A stretch of 64,000 bases of DNA. It comes from Leucoraja erinacea (lineage: Eukaryota). The position numbers were made by a program, and so were the translations under genes. Positions 40,101 through 55,100 of the stretch are shown here, in pieces. How positions within the stretch are numbered: the stretch's first letter is position 1; every line of letters starts with the position of its first letter. Below the pieces are notes generated by a model. The model saw only the letters and a list, made by a program, of their open reading frames with translations. It searched no databases and was not told where the DNA came from. The stretch spans positions 10,478,001 to 10,542,000 of the forward strand of contig NC_073408.1 of the NCBI RefSeq assembly GCF_028641065.1, given 5' to 3'.

Positions 40101-43100
40101 GGGCCATTGAACTGAAGGAAGTTATGAGGGAAGGGATGAAGCCTGCAGTCCTTTCCAATGTGCAGCTTTGAGGGGTTGCTGGGCTGTGAGCAGACATTGT
40201 GCAGCTCGGACCTTACTCAAGCAGCAACTGGTGGGCTATTCAGAAACTGTCATCATAGATTCCCCAGAGAGCCAGCTTATTGACTTCAATGAAATCCCAG
40301 GAGGAAGACATTCTATTTGTGGTGCACATTTCTGACTGAATCACCCTCTTCATACCTTCGTTTAGAACCTGTTCGACTTGTTGCGAATGTCTAGCCTCTT
40401 CCTTCTGCTCTTCCGCTAATTTCTGCTCTGCAATTCTTCGTCGGCTGTCGGCTCTTTTCCCCTTTCTCCTCGCCTCCAGATCCTTCTCAATCTGTGCAAT
40501 CTCCTGCTGAAGACCCTTCTCCTGGAGCTGCAGCCTTTCACTATGCTCTTTAATAAGTTTCTGCAAGAAAGTAGTTGTTTTTTTAAACTTAACGAAGAAT
40601 GGCAAATCATTAACTCCTTTGGGAAATTTCCATTCACGAGTGGCAGTTTAAGAACAATCCTATTATGTGAAATGGAAGACCAAGAATAAGAAAATTTTGC
40701 TGAGATTGTATGAAACTTTGATCAGTCAAAATCTGGTCATAGACATAGAGTCTTACAGCGTGGAAACAGGTCCCTCGGCCCAACTTGTTCACACTGGCCA
40801 ACATGTCCCGTCTACACTAGTCCCACCTGCCTGTGTTTGGTCCACATCCCTCTAAACCTGTCCTAACCACTTATCTGTCCAAATGTTTCTTAATATCCAA
40901 AAGTATCTCAACTACCTCCTCCAGCAGCACGTTCCATACACCCACCACCTTCTGCGTGAAAATGTTACCTCTATTAAACCTGATGAATTATACACAGGTT
41001 TGGTCTCTATACCTCAGAGACAGTGAAACATCGATTCAACAATCAGATTCCTACGCTGGCAAGGATGTTCAATGATGAGTGACTGAATAGGACTGGCTAT
41101 GCCCACTGGAGCTGAGAAAAGTAAGAGGTGATCTCATTGATCTCATAAGACTGCAGTGACATTGTATCTATGAACACGAGAGTCTCCAATAAGGGAACAA
41201 AGTAAGAGATTCACCATTTAGAAATGGGAGCAAGATCATTTTCTTTTGAGAGGGACAAAAATCTTTAGGATTCTCTGTCAGAGACCTGCGGTCACACCAT
41301 TATTGAGCATTTTCAAGGTGCATTTTGGATGTCAAGAGTATTATAGGTTCTAGAAATCCGACTGGAAAATGGGGCAGAAATCCATGTCATTGTTTGGATG
41401 AACAGGGCTTGAAGTCTCATGTAACCTGTAATATTCTATAACAAAACAGAGAGCGCAGAACATAACAGAATGGGAGCAGGCCTTTTGGCCCAAAATGTCT
41501 GTGCCAAACATGATGCAAAGGTAATCTAATCTGCTCATGATCCATACTCCTCCATTCCCTGCATATCCACATGCCTATCTGAAAGCCTCTTAAACGCCAC
41601 CATCGTATATGTCTTCACCATTGCCCCGAGCAGCACGCCCCAGGCACCCTCCAACCTCTATGTAAAGAAAAACCACCCACTACAACTTTGGTCATTTTGC
41701 CTTAAACCTATCTAGATTATTATCAAGCCAAACACTTGAGTACTAAAAGAACAATGTATTAAGGGATTAGCCATATCATCATAGTATAGATGTATTTGTA
41801 ACAGTGCAGGATCATCATTTAAAAATGTTGTGAATTTATCATATTGACAGAACGTTACCTCTCTGAGTTGAAGTATCAGTTCCCCTCGTTCCAGTTGGTC
41901 TTGAAATTTGGTTTCTTCCTCCATCATCCTCAGGTTGTGCCGTTGCTTCTTCTTCAGAAGTTCGTGTGCGATGATCTCTTCAGCTATCTTGTCTTCCTTT
42001 GCTAGACTGGCTTCAAGTTCCTCAATCTACACAGTGATCAATCCACAGGGAAATGAAAAAAATATATAAACTGAAGATTTATACTGTGGGCAATTTCTCC
42101 ATTTTAGCTGCAGATTTTGTTTGATGATGGTCTGGGGAAAGATCTTGAGATGTTTTACTGTGTTAAATGTGTTCACACAACAGGACAGTGCAGGAACAGG
42201 CCATTCGGCCCACAATGTTGGTGCCAAACATGATTGAATGATTACTTTGTCACATGTGACGTCACAGTGAAATTCTGCATACCCAAGGAATGATAGCTGT
42301 ATGAATGTAGATTAAATGTAGAATGTAGATCAAATCAGGGTAGCACGAAAATCTGATATATTGCATTATCTGCAATGATCTGCAATATTAAATGCTCTTT
42401 TTGTAATAATCACAAACCTCTTCTTTTACAGCCATTTCTCTTATTTTTTGCTCCCGACATCTCTTCTCATTAATATTTTGCAGTTGCTCCTGTAGTTCCT
42501 TCATCCTTGCCTGTCGGAATGCCTTCAGTTCAGTCACCATGTGTTCAGCTTCTTCAACACACTGTATAACAGTAATAGATGATGACAGACTTGAAGCTTT
42601 GATCAAGTTAGAGTCACGCAGTGTGGGAACAAGCCCTTCAGACCAACTTGCCCTCGCCAACCACCATGCCCCATCTGCAATAGTCCCACCTGCCTGCATT
42701 TGGCTCATGTCTCTCTAAACCAATCTGATCCATGTTCCCCACATAGCAAAGGCCCATAATCAGTCTACCACCAAGTCTTTGTTTTAACAAATGATTATAT
42801 AAGATCATAAAATATTCGAGCCCATAAGTATGCTAGTCAGACTCTTGTACACTTGAATGTCACTGACACACAAGGATAGGGAAGTGAAATGACAGATGGA
42901 GTTTAAGCTGAGCAAGTGTGAGGTGTTGCACTTTGAGAGGTCAAATGTAAAGAGAAAGTATATGGTTAATGGCATGACCCTTAACAACATTGATGTGCAG
43001 AGGGATCTTGTAGTCCACAGCTCCCCAAAAGTGGCAATGTTCAAGGGAGAAGTGCAGTGCAAGTTTTTATTTTACATTGAGAGTGGTGGGTGCCTGGAAC

Positions 43101-46100
43101 GCGCTGCCAGGGGCAGTGGTTGAGGCAGATATGATGGTAGCATTTAAGAGGATTTTGGATTGGACAGGGAATGGAGAGATATGGATCACGTGCAGGCAGA
43201 GGAGATTATATTAACAGCACTATGTAGAGTCCGCAGGGCCTGTTTCTATGCTGTACGTTTTATCTTCTGTCTAAGGTGGTTTGGTTGAAATATTTTTCCG
43301 TCAAACTTGAAGTGTTAAATGTAAAGTTTCGTTAGCAAATTTCTCTAATTCCGGAAGAGATTGAGAAAATGCCGGAGTGCCGGTATATCAATAGATGACA
43401 CAGATATTTTCACATTACCAACCTTGTCAGAGGTGAATGGTTTTAAGCTATCAGCAAATTCCTGAAGCTTTTTCTCTCTTAGTTCCAGTAAGGCATTGAC
43501 AGATTTCAGGTCCATCAAAGCTAGATGTTGGCCTTCTGCTTGGTTGCGCAAGGGTTTTATGTTTGCGTCATCAACCTCTGCCAACCATTGCTGCAACACA
43601 AGTCAGAACGCATGCCATCATTCATTTGTTTTAACCACAGAGTTAGAGATTTGTAGAGCAAGGAAACATGTCCTCTGGCCCGCCACACCCAATACATTCT
43701 GAAATCAGCCAGGGGCCATTGTAAATGGCAGAGATAGGTTGTGGGGACCACAGGTGTGTATAACGTCAAGTTAATGGAGGTTAAAATGAGAAACGGTAAC
43801 TAGAAAAGCATGGGAATAGTCACGGCTAGAGAAAACATACTTGCAAAATTAAACAGCCATCTTGTCTTCTCTTCATCAGATCTTTTCATCATTCAGATCT
43901 TTGAATCTGAAATGACAGCTCTGTTTCTCTTCAATGGAAGCAGCTTTGCCTGTTGAGTATTTCCTGTTTTATTTGTATACACTAATAACATCTCTGGACA
44001 TCAAGAACGAGGAAGATGTACAAACCTCCACACAACAGTGCGATGCATCCCTGCATTCCTGCTGCTGCTTTTTTAGACTCTGATCCAGGAGAATGTACTG
44101 CCGCAGGTGGCGTAACAATTGGAAAAGGCAAACCACGGTTCCAATGTCACCTTTCCCATCTCCTGTCCTTGCTTGCCTGATCGCCTGTTCCTCCTGCAAT
44201 TGCAACTGAAAATGCCAGAGAAACAGAAGATCAAAGAACAGAATGGCTGATGCAACCCAACCCACAGCATGGCTTCACGATAACTCTCTATTCCTTCTCC
44301 CTCTGGTTATCTTGCTTAAGGTATTTACACTGCTTCAGTAGTCAGCTCCAGTAACGTGCAACGTTATGAGCAAAATAGGTTGCACCTCGTGCTACTTCAT
44401 TCTCTACCCTTCTCTCCCCCAGAGTGTTTTGAAAGCTTCACCGCATTGAATCTACTCTGATCTACTCTGATCAAGAAGGCTCATCAGCGTCTCTTCTTCC
44501 TGAGGAGACTGAAGAAGGTCCATCTGTCTCCTCAGATCCTGGTGAACTTCTACCGCTGCACCATCGAGAGCATCCTTACCAACTGCATCACAGTATGGTA
44601 TGGCAACTGCTCTGTCTCCGACCGGAAGGCATTGCAGAGGGTGGTGAAAATTGCCCAACGCATCACCGGTTCCTCACTCCCCTCCATCGAGTCTGTCCAA
44701 AGCAAGCGCTGTCTGCAGAGGGCGCTCAGCATCGCCAAGGACTGCTCTCACCCCAACCATGGACTGTTTACCCTCCTACCATCCGGGAGGCGCTACAGGT
44801 CTCTCCGTTGCCGAACCAGCAGGTCGAGGAACAGCTTCTTTCCGGCGGCTGTCACTCTACTCAACAACGTACCTCGGTGCCTTCCAATCACCCACCCCCC
44901 CCCCCCCCCGGACACTTATTATTATTTATTCAAATCGTTTGCTATGTCGCTCTTCCAGGGAGATGCTAAATGCATTTCGTTGTCTCTGTACTGTACACTG
45001 ACAATGACAATTAAAATTGAATCTGAATCTGAATCTGAACGAGGCAACCTGCACCAGTTCCACCAATTCCCCTCGTAACTCTGAAGGCACTATTTTGGAA
45101 AATTCATGGTCCCATTACTAAAGCTCAACATCAAAATATGTTGAGATACATTGAAAAGATACCTTGTTCATTCAATAATTCAGATCTCTTTCAAAATCGA
45201 AAATCCCAATAAGACAATATTCGACTGGGCAAGGAACTGGTCCGGAATTCCTCTTGATTTTTTTTTTGCAGCATCAGTAGAATCTTTTGTCGATTAACCC
45301 GAGTGCCATTTGCAATCACATTTCCTGAAACTATCATCAGGATTCTGAAGAAATTGGAGCCAGTTGTTTAAAACCTACATTTAACATTTAATGCTCATGA
45401 AGAATCACCTGTTCCTCTACAAGGTCCTGACGCTCCTTGTACTGTAGGGCAAGCTCTCTCTGCAGGTCCGCGTTGTGTTTGTTTGACTGCGCTGCGGAAT
45501 CCTCTCGACTTAATGTCTGCGTCATAGACACATCTTCATTTTCCTCCTACAGTTAGAACAAAACTCAATTATTAAACACTTGCCCATCTCACCTCACTGT
45601 TTGCTCCTGTACGCAGACAATATCTATGTTGATTTATAAAATGTTGGTAAGGCCATATGTGAGGTATTGTGTGCAGTTTGGGTCGCTACATTGCAGGAAG
45701 GATGTGAAGAGGGCGCAAGAGAAGTTTACCAGGACACTGTCTGGATTGGAGAATATTAGCTGTAAGTATAGATTTGACTAACCTTGGGTTATATTTTCTG
45801 GCACGTTGGAGGCCGAGCCTTAAAGAAGTTAATAAAATGATGTAACGCATGAACAGGGCAGACACCCAGAATCTTCACCCCCCCATGGAGGAAATATCAA
45901 AGACTGGAGAACAGGATGGATATGGATCATGGCAGAGGATATTATTTTAAGTTGGCATCATGTTCACCACATACATTGTGGGCCAAAGAGCCTGCACCCG
46001 TGCTGCACCGTTCTCTGCCTCTACTAAACGTGATTAAACATGATTTGTGGAGGGAGTGCATCTTTAGGTGAGGCTCGTTCTTACATGTGGATTTCCCACT

Positions 46101-49100
46101 GGCATTATCTGTTGGTTTCTCTCTTCTCGCTGCAGCCTGAGGAGATTTGAAAGTTTTCTTACATGTTCCTCCTGCAGATACCTCCCAACTGTAGATGCTG
46201 TTCGTTCACCCGAGGGACAGTCTTGTTTGCTGAGAGGTTTGCCATCAGCTTCATCTAAATTCTGCATCTGGGATTGAAGAGGACAACATGAAAGGCCAAC
46301 CACTCAGGATCAGACAGCGCGTCGTCCACAGAGCGCAGAGGGTTATTGGGACACAGCTACCAGCCTTGGAGGGCATCTACCACACACGGTGCCTTAGGAA
46401 GGCCATCAGCATCCATAAAGACTCCTCACACCCTTCTAAGGGACTGTTTGAACTATTTCCCTCCGGCAGACGTTACAAGGCCTTCTACGCCCGAACCTCC
46501 AGACTCAGAAACAGCTTCATTCCCAGAGCTATAGCGGCTCTGAACCGGCCCTGCTGAGTGCCCCCCATCCCCCCTGGACTCTCCCTCGGATGATCACGTC
46601 GCACAGTTTATTTATTTATTTTTTTACATTGGTTGGAAGCTGCATACCAAATCTCGTTGCACTGATGAGCAATGACAATAAAATATATTATTATTATTCT
46701 TATTATTCTTATAAAACAGGCCATTCGGCCCACACCATATCCACACAAACCAGCGTCCATCTATCTGTATTAGTCCCATCTAGCACTTGGCCCGTAAACC
46801 TTCTTTGCTTCAGTGCCTGTCCAAAGCCTTATTCTCAGTGCCTCTGCTTCCACCATTCTCGCAGGCAGTGCATTCCAGGTACTCACTACTCGGGTTATAA
46901 AAGATTCCCTTCTGATTGACTTCAAATATCTTACCCTTTAACCTAAATCCATGTCCTCTACTTTTATCTCTCTTTGATATGGGAAAAGATTTCCTGTAGT
47001 CTACAAGATTACAGGATAGATGTGTATTCCAGGTACTCGCCACTCTCTGGGTATAAAAGGTTCCCATCTGATACAGGAAGTGCTGTGAGCTTCTCTGGTC
47101 GAAGGCCAGGCAGGTTCTATTGGATGCCAGTTTTGGCTAATGGGAGCCCAGGCTCTGCTCTGCTTCTGAGAACATAAACGTCACTTTAAACAAGTTTAAA
47201 AAGTCTGAGAATTAGTTTTGAGCATTCACAGGGAAAAATATGAAGTAAACATAGGTCTGTGTGTGTGTAACTGTACCTGTAACCTACTGTAGATATCTAT
47301 TTTTGTATATACTCTGATGAGTTTCCTGATATCCTGCGTCACTAACATTGAGGCTTCCAGTGACAATTCGCAACTTTGTAGAGGCGGGAGTGAGTGATAC
47401 GTGAAGCAGGCCTCCTTGTCAACCAAATGTGCAACAGGGTTTTGCACACAGCTCTCGCTTGTCTCCAATGGTAGGGGAACCTTTAAAGGAGGTCAAAATA
47501 GGTTTTAAATCAGTGTTTACCTTAATATTTTTAATGATCTAATATTGTTTTACATTTTGTTTTAGGTAAATTATATATGTTAAATAAATAATCTTTATAA
47601 AAAAATGTTTTGAATGGTTAACTTGGACACAATCTGAGTTTTTCACAATTGGTCATTTGATTTGACCTGTTTGTGCTCAATCTTTCCATAGAATTTTTGG
47701 AAATCAGTGATCAACAGCTTCAATCCGCTAATTATGTCTTTCTCCATTTCTAGGATGTTTTTGGGCATCGCCAGTTTAGGGTCAAGCCCAACTTCCATTA
47801 GAGCCACAGCATGTTGGTCATGCAATGCCTGCACTGATTTTCGACGTTGTTCCATCAAATCCATCAGCAGTTTCTCCATCCGGTCAGATTTTCCACTATC
47901 CTCTTCCTCCTGCAACTAATCGAACAGCAAAAAAACTTCTTTCAATGCTTTGCACAAATATCAGCATGCATATTATTTATAGCTGGGATGTAACTCGCTG
48001 TACTACACACAAACCAGCTCTCTTCCCCCCCCCCCCCCCCCCCCCCCCCCCCCACCCATCAACTCTATCTACATTTCACACTACTTTGGAAAAGCCACTA
48101 ACTTAATTAAGAACCACTTTCACCCCCGTCAGTTTCTCTGCTCAGCTTTCTCATCAGGCAGAAGATACAGAAGCTTGAAAGGCCGTAACACCAGATTCAG
48201 GAATAACATCTTCCTTACTGAACAGACCTCTCCAACGTAATGCTCTAGTCCTGATATTCCAACCTACCACATTATGGACCATGCACTTTTTTTTTCATTT
48301 GCACTTTCTCTGTAACTGTAACACTGTAATGTTCTAACACTATAATTTGCACTCTGGTGTTCTTCTCTTTGCTCTAACTGTTGTACTTGTGCATGTTTTG
48401 GTTGTACGCATGTATCGTATGGTATGAATGGATAGCAGACAAACTTTTTCACTCTTTCTCGGTACACATGACAATAATAAACCAATAAATAAATGAACAA
48501 ATTAATATCGTTATCCACCATCCTGCAGGTTTCTGCGCCTTGCGATGGGCACGATTAGCATACCCTGTCCATTTAAATGCTCCCCATCATTGCTGGGATC
48601 TTGTGTTCTAGGCCCCCAATTCTTCAGTGAGAGAATTTTTTTGAATTCATCAAGAAAATAAACTTCCTGTGTGTGGTCTGCGTGTGTCTGGTGCTCTCTA
48701 TCACTCACATACCTCTTCTAGCACCTGGCAAATTTTCTTCACTTCATCTGATATCAAGGTGATCTCCAACTGGACTGCCTCGGATGCATGCTTCTCAATG
48801 TGAAATCTTACAATGCCGCCGGGATTAAAAGGAACAAAAATAGAAAAAATATCATTTAAAATGAAAGGAATGGCGCCAAGAAGTGGGGATAGTTGCTACT
48901 TAATCTCACTGATATGTAACTGGAAGAGATGTCAGATTACGAAGAGGGGTCCAACTGTGACCAACAAGGAGTTCCGGGATAGATGCTGGAGTAACTCAGC
49001 GGGACAGGCAGCATCTCTGGAGAGAAGGAATGGGTGACATTTCGGGTTGAAACCCTTCTTCGGACAGGGCATTTCCAAGTCTTTGACTCCATGGCAAAAG

Positions 49101-52100
49101 TCCAAATGCAAATTGGAGGAATAACAACTCATATTTTGCTTGGACATTGTACAACCCAATGGTATGAATATTTATTTCTCGAATTTCAAGTAACCCTTGC
49201 AAACCCTCTCTCTCCACCCCTCCCCCAGCCTAGTCATCATACTAGCTTCACTGTCATTCTGTTGCGTTTCACTGTCTGTTTAACTCGTTATCACATAACC
49301 CACAGCCAACAATAGACCATTGTGGGCTCAACCTTTTTTTGATCGGCATTACTTTTTGCACATCTTTCATTTATTTGTTCTATATCTCTCTCTATATGAC
49401 CATCTATAGCTCTCGTTTCCCTTTCCCCTGACTCTGCCTGAAAAGGGTCTCGACCCAAAACGTCACCTGTTCCTTTTCTCCAAAGATGCTGCCTGACCTG
49501 TTGAATTACTCCAGCTTTTTGTGCCTATCTTCATTGTAAAACATAGTTTGCCTTTGTTAGCAACACCCAAGGTTGATTCCAATAGGATTTGATTAGATCG
49601 TTCTGGTGCTGATGTTAGATGGGTTTTCAACACACTTTAGCCCCCTTTCCCACAAATGAAAAGATCTTTAGGTCCACAAAAAACATACCCCAGCATACCA
49701 CAGTGGCACAGCGAGAAGAACAGCTGCCTTAGAGCTTGAGTGAAACAGGTTCATTCCTGCGGTGCTGCCTGTGTGGAGTTAGCACCTTCATTCTGCGTTC
49801 CTCCAAAATGCTCCAGTTTCCTCCCACAGCCCAAAGACATGTGGGTACGTACACCAGCGATCGGCCGCTGCAAATTGCTGGTGTGTAGATGAGCAGTGAA
49901 ATCTATGGAAAGTTTATTGAAATGTGCTGGGAATAAAATGTGATTTGTGTAACTTAACTCTATGGGAAAGTGGGTGGGTGGGGGTAAAATTGGATTAGTG
50001 TAAATGGGTATGTGATGGTTGGCATGGACGCGATGGGCCGAAGGGCCTGTGTCCACGTTGTATGACTCTGTGACATCAGTGGTTCACCACAAAATGCCCC
50101 TCTTTCCTCCAATTTCATGAATCAAAGTACTAGTCCACTGCATTCTCATTTCTATCTTAATGCTCACTCCCTCCAAAAATGGTGGGGAATTTATGGAGTC
50201 CAAAATTCTTCCCTTGGAGTCTCCTTTTTAAAAATTCTATCAGGCTGCTCCTGTGAAGAATGCCCACCTGATTAGCGCTTGCCTCTCTGCAAGCACGTCA
50301 TCATGTATCGGAGATGATCCAGAGGCCGGTGTTTCAGGAGCCGCAGCGAGGAATCTCACAGGAGCTTCGGGAAGCTCTGGATATGGTAGCAGCCCAGCTT
50401 GTGAGCTACCACCGACAACAGGACCTGTTTAAAATAAAATATTGCGCATTTTAAAGCAGAATAAACCTTTTTTAAGGTGTCAACAAAATAGAAGGAAGGA
50501 CTTGCTACATTGTATTAGCTCATTGAGCATTGTTCATTGCTTTGAATAGCTGGGAGTCGCTCAGCGGTACAGGGAGCTGTGCTATGATCAGGGTTCGATC
50601 CTGGCCTCTGGTATTGTCTGCAAGTTGTAGAACTACATTCTCCCATGTGCTCTGGTTGTCTCCCACATCCCAAAGTTAAGCAGGTTGGCAGGTTAATTTG
50701 AGATATAAAATGCCATGAAGCAGGATGTGTTCACCTTTTTTGCAGCTTAAAACAACGTTTTCTCACTCCATTTTAATACGTTTCAGAAACTATATATACA
50801 GTAACTGTTGTCAAGCACTGCATTTTTAAGGCAGCATTTCCTGGATTGGGAATGTCAGGGACTGGAATAGGAGCGGCAGCACAGGCACTGGGATGGAAAG
50901 GGATGACATTTTTGGCCGTCATTGAAGGAATGAAGTGGACCATAGCTTGTTGTGGTATTGTTGGAGTTTGACTTTGCGCTCCACAAACACACTCACTTAC
51001 TAAACACCTGTACCGATAACCCTCGTTATAATTTCTTATCATTTCTTGTAGCTCTTTCCGCAACTAAAAATGTATTTTTGTTACTGCAAGCTAAAAATAC
51101 TAAAGGCTGTTACACAGTTTAATAATTATTGAACAAGTGATGACTGAAGCAATTTCAATGGCCTACAACACTGTAAACCGCAGCTTGCGTTCTTAAAGAG
51201 ATAGTGCTGTCTGATTACTATGGGGTCGCTCCTCCTGCTGTAGTTTAGTTCAGAGATACAGGACTGAAACAGGCCCTTCGGCCCACCGAGTCTGTACCGA
51301 ACAGCGATCCTCACACATAAACACAATCCCACACACAGGTGAAGAGGTGAGTATCAATGGAAACTGAAATGTCCAACCTTTGTTTGATACAGAAGGAAGA
51401 GTGGCTGGAGAATGAATAATGTTTCTGTCAGTCTTCAAAAGGTTTATTAGTTGCTTAATAAGAGGGAGCATGGTCCTGATGGTTGAATCTGGTGAGCCAT
51501 GAAAGAGGTTGGTGTGCTGGCTCTTGGTTAACTGGTAATCACCAAAATGATAGACATCTCCAGACAGAAGACCCTGAAATGGAAAGTTCCACAAGGTGAG
51601 GGGTGGGGATGATAAAGGCTATAGGATCACAACACTCTTTATTCTAGCCCTCTGTATTGCAATAGATGTTCCCCAATCTGCCTGGGTAGTTACCTTGGCT
51701 TCCAGGACATATAGTTCTGCCAGATCTCTCAGATGTCCCAGTCTGATGTACACCATGTCAAGGCCAGTCCAGTGGATTATTATGTTTTCCTGAAACTCTT
51801 GAATCAGCAAGGTTTTCAACTGTAAGTAAATGAGAATGACCGGTCAGTTGTGCACTCAGGATGGGGCTTCCATGGGAATAACGAGCGTCTGTGTGAGATT
51901 CAAACAATATCTTCTATTCGGATTGTTACTCAAGCCTGCCATCAAAACAGAGACACAAAAGACTTTAGATGCTGGAATCTTGCTCAAAAAACAAAGTGCT
52001 GGAGAAACTCAATGGGCCAGGCAGCATTGGTTGAGGGAAATGGACATACGGCAATGTTTTGGGTCGAGACCCTTCTTCAGGCTGATGCAGTAATGGGGAG

Positions 52101-55100
52101 AAAGCATAAGAGAGGTAGGGGTGGGGCAACACCTGCCTCCCCCTCCCCTCCCAACTTGTATCCAGCTATTACCAGGATTTTTTACCACCTCTACCTCTTT
52201 TTTTCCAGCTTCCTCCACCCTTAGTCCATCAATCTGAAGACAGATTCAGATCTGAAACATCATCTGTTCATTCCATCCATAAATTCTGCCTGACCCGTTG
52301 AGTTTCTCCAGCACTTGATATCTTCTTACACGAACTGGTTTAAAATTTGTCAAGTCAAGAGTGTTTAATTGTCAGCTGTCCAAAAACGGAACACTGAAAT
52401 TCTTACTTAAAGCAACATGACAGGTCTGTTAATACAGTGCTCAATATAATAAACATAAATAAGTTCAATACATTAAAAAAAAATCCAATATTAGTGCAAA
52501 ACAAAATGAAAATCCAAAGTCGCTAGCACAACCAAGACAGGTCTGAAGAAGGGTCTTGACCCAAAACGTCACCTATTCCTTCATTCCATAGATGCTGCCT
52601 CACCTGCTGAGTTTCTCCAGCATTTTTGTCTACCTTCGATTTTGCCAGTACCTGCAGTTCTTTCTTAAACAAGACAGTTCATAGTTCAGTTGGAGTTTGT
52701 AGTGTTCAAAGCCTAATGATTGTTTGGAAGAATCTATTCCTGAACCTGGTGTCACGTTTTCAGAGTCCTATATCTTCTGCCCAATGGTAGGAGTGAAATG
52801 AGAGTATGGTCAGGGTGGAGTGTGTCCTCAGTGATGCTGGCTACTTTTTTGAAGCAGCGCCTCCTATAAATCCCTATGACGGTGGGGAGATCAGTACCCA
52901 TGATGGACCAGGCAGTGTCCACCTCTTTTTGTAATCTCCACCATTCCTGGGTGTTCCAAGTTCTTGTAATGGTCTTGGGAGGCACTTTGGAATTCTGTGG
53001 ATATGAAATAAACTTTGGAACCTCAAAGTATGGGGACTATTCATACTTATTCTATTTTATATTCTCCAGGACTGGAAAGGTGTTGAAAACCTTATTTTTC
53101 TATTTCTTTCTTTCTTTTAAAATCTTTTTATTCGTTTTTTTTTCCAAAAAACCAAACCAAAAAAGAAGATAAACATAACAATGATACTGATACATAGGGA
53201 TCAGGATTACATTAATAACAGGTATAACCTTAATACGAGTCCAGTGTCAAAATACATATTGAATATAGACCTCCCGGTCTCTATGTAAATAGTTAAATGT
53301 TTAAAAGAAAACTTATATATGTAGAAAAAACCGCAAAGATAAAAAGGAAAATAAAAGGAAGAACCCCCCCCCCCTAAACTAAAGGGAATAGTTTTTTTTA
53401 CACCAAGGTTGATGGGTGCTTGGAACACACTCCCGGGGTGGTGATCGTGGCAGATACAATAGTTAGCAACGTTACAAAATTTTGAGATTTAAAAAATCAA
53501 GTCCGTAATTTATCCCATCAGATAAAGCATGAAAAGAAGTTTAATTTGACACCTAATTCACTTTCATATCTCAAGTATTTAAAAAGTTATGGCCATTTTC
53601 ATACTCGGAAATTAGCATCTTGTTCCCTATTGATTTTCTATGGACATAACAAAAAAGCTGTGATCGTGTGCAGTCAAAAGCCCATAACCTTCTTAAAAAT
53701 TAAGAGAACTGAATGAAATTTTCAGTTATCGTAGATTGAACCAATCTGAAACAAATATAAAATAATCTTACTTGGATGACCTGAAATTAAAGCATATAAT
53801 TAGTTAGTTACCCAAGTGTAGCTAATTTCAAACGTCAATTACTAGATCTAAACATCTATCCATTTCTTAATAAATGATTAACATTTTTAAATAGCCTAAG
53901 TGTCCAAATAATATTCATAAATAATTCACAATAAAACATGATTTTTAAATCTCATTTACATTAATTCGTAGGCCAAATGGAAGGAATTTAGTGTTTAATT
54001 GCTGTAAATTAAAGTCCATTTAAATCAGCTTTCTAGTGGGTTCCTGTGAACGCGCTGGTTTAGAACGTTCACATTGCGGTAGATTTGTGCCTCAAATACC
54101 CAGAAAAATACTGCGGGATATAATGGGCCCAAAATGAGCTACTCGCAATATTAAACTTTGTATAAAGGGATCTTAAGAATCCCTTTTTAATGTAAAAATA
54201 AGCAGCCTACCTTCTGCTATTTGCACTATGCGACCCTGACAGCTGCCGGTGGTCGCGGGTTTAGAGATTGATTTTTAAACTACTATAACTATTATACGAG
54301 GCCTTTAAAACTAATAATAGCTTTTGCGACGGGGTCTTCCAGCGATTTTTCGTTAATAATTAACTAGGCTGAACATCTTCGATTTGAACAGCCTAGAGAA
54401 AATCGCGTTTTAAACCCGCCCCCCTCTAAACGGCACCAAAATCGCGCACACCCGCAGCGACAGATTTTCAGCGACGCTTCAGGTAGGCTTTGCAACATAC
54501 CTACAATAGTGGGATTTAAGAGGCTTTTGGATAGGCACAGAGCTATGGAGGGATGTGGATTGTGTGCAGCCAGTTAACAATCGGTCTTGGCATCCAGTTT
54601 GGCACCAACATTGTGGCTGAATGGCCTGTTCCTGTACTATACTCATCTATGTTGTAAATCTTTCACACTGTTATTTGTAATCATTTGGCATTTACCGAAC
54701 TTGCTGTAATTGGCACCGACAGCTCCAAGATCAAGTCAGTCGCCATAGCAACCCACCACCCCAATAATCAGCTGTTTGCAACATAGAACTTGTATTTATA
54801 AAATCTAGGCTTGTGAATGCTGCTTGAACGAAAATACATTTATCACCCTAAACACCCACTTATCAAAGCACAGGAGAAAGCCAATGATAATGTACTGCTG
54901 GAAAGCTGAAGAAGAACGCCATGTAATCCATAGCTTTGTAAACTTTAGGAAGCTATCCGATTTTCCCACTGCCCTCGGCTTCTTTTCCATACTCCCAACT
55001 TATTTAGTTTTTAGTATCGTTCCAACACCATCTTGATGGGCAAGGGGTGGGAGATTGCAACTGCCCTGTTTCAACGGATGCAATCAACCCAGTGTGCACA

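Noticed and set aside
50619-50645. AACTACATTCTCCCA, resembling a ZNF143 motif
   Set aside because: Imperfect spacing, inside a decayed SINE, with no CpG island.
50773-51063. 96-aa Pro-rich ORF in the unnamed gene's intron
   Set aside because: The flanking exons already join in phase 1 and I found no convincing splice pair; an extra exon cannot be fully excluded.
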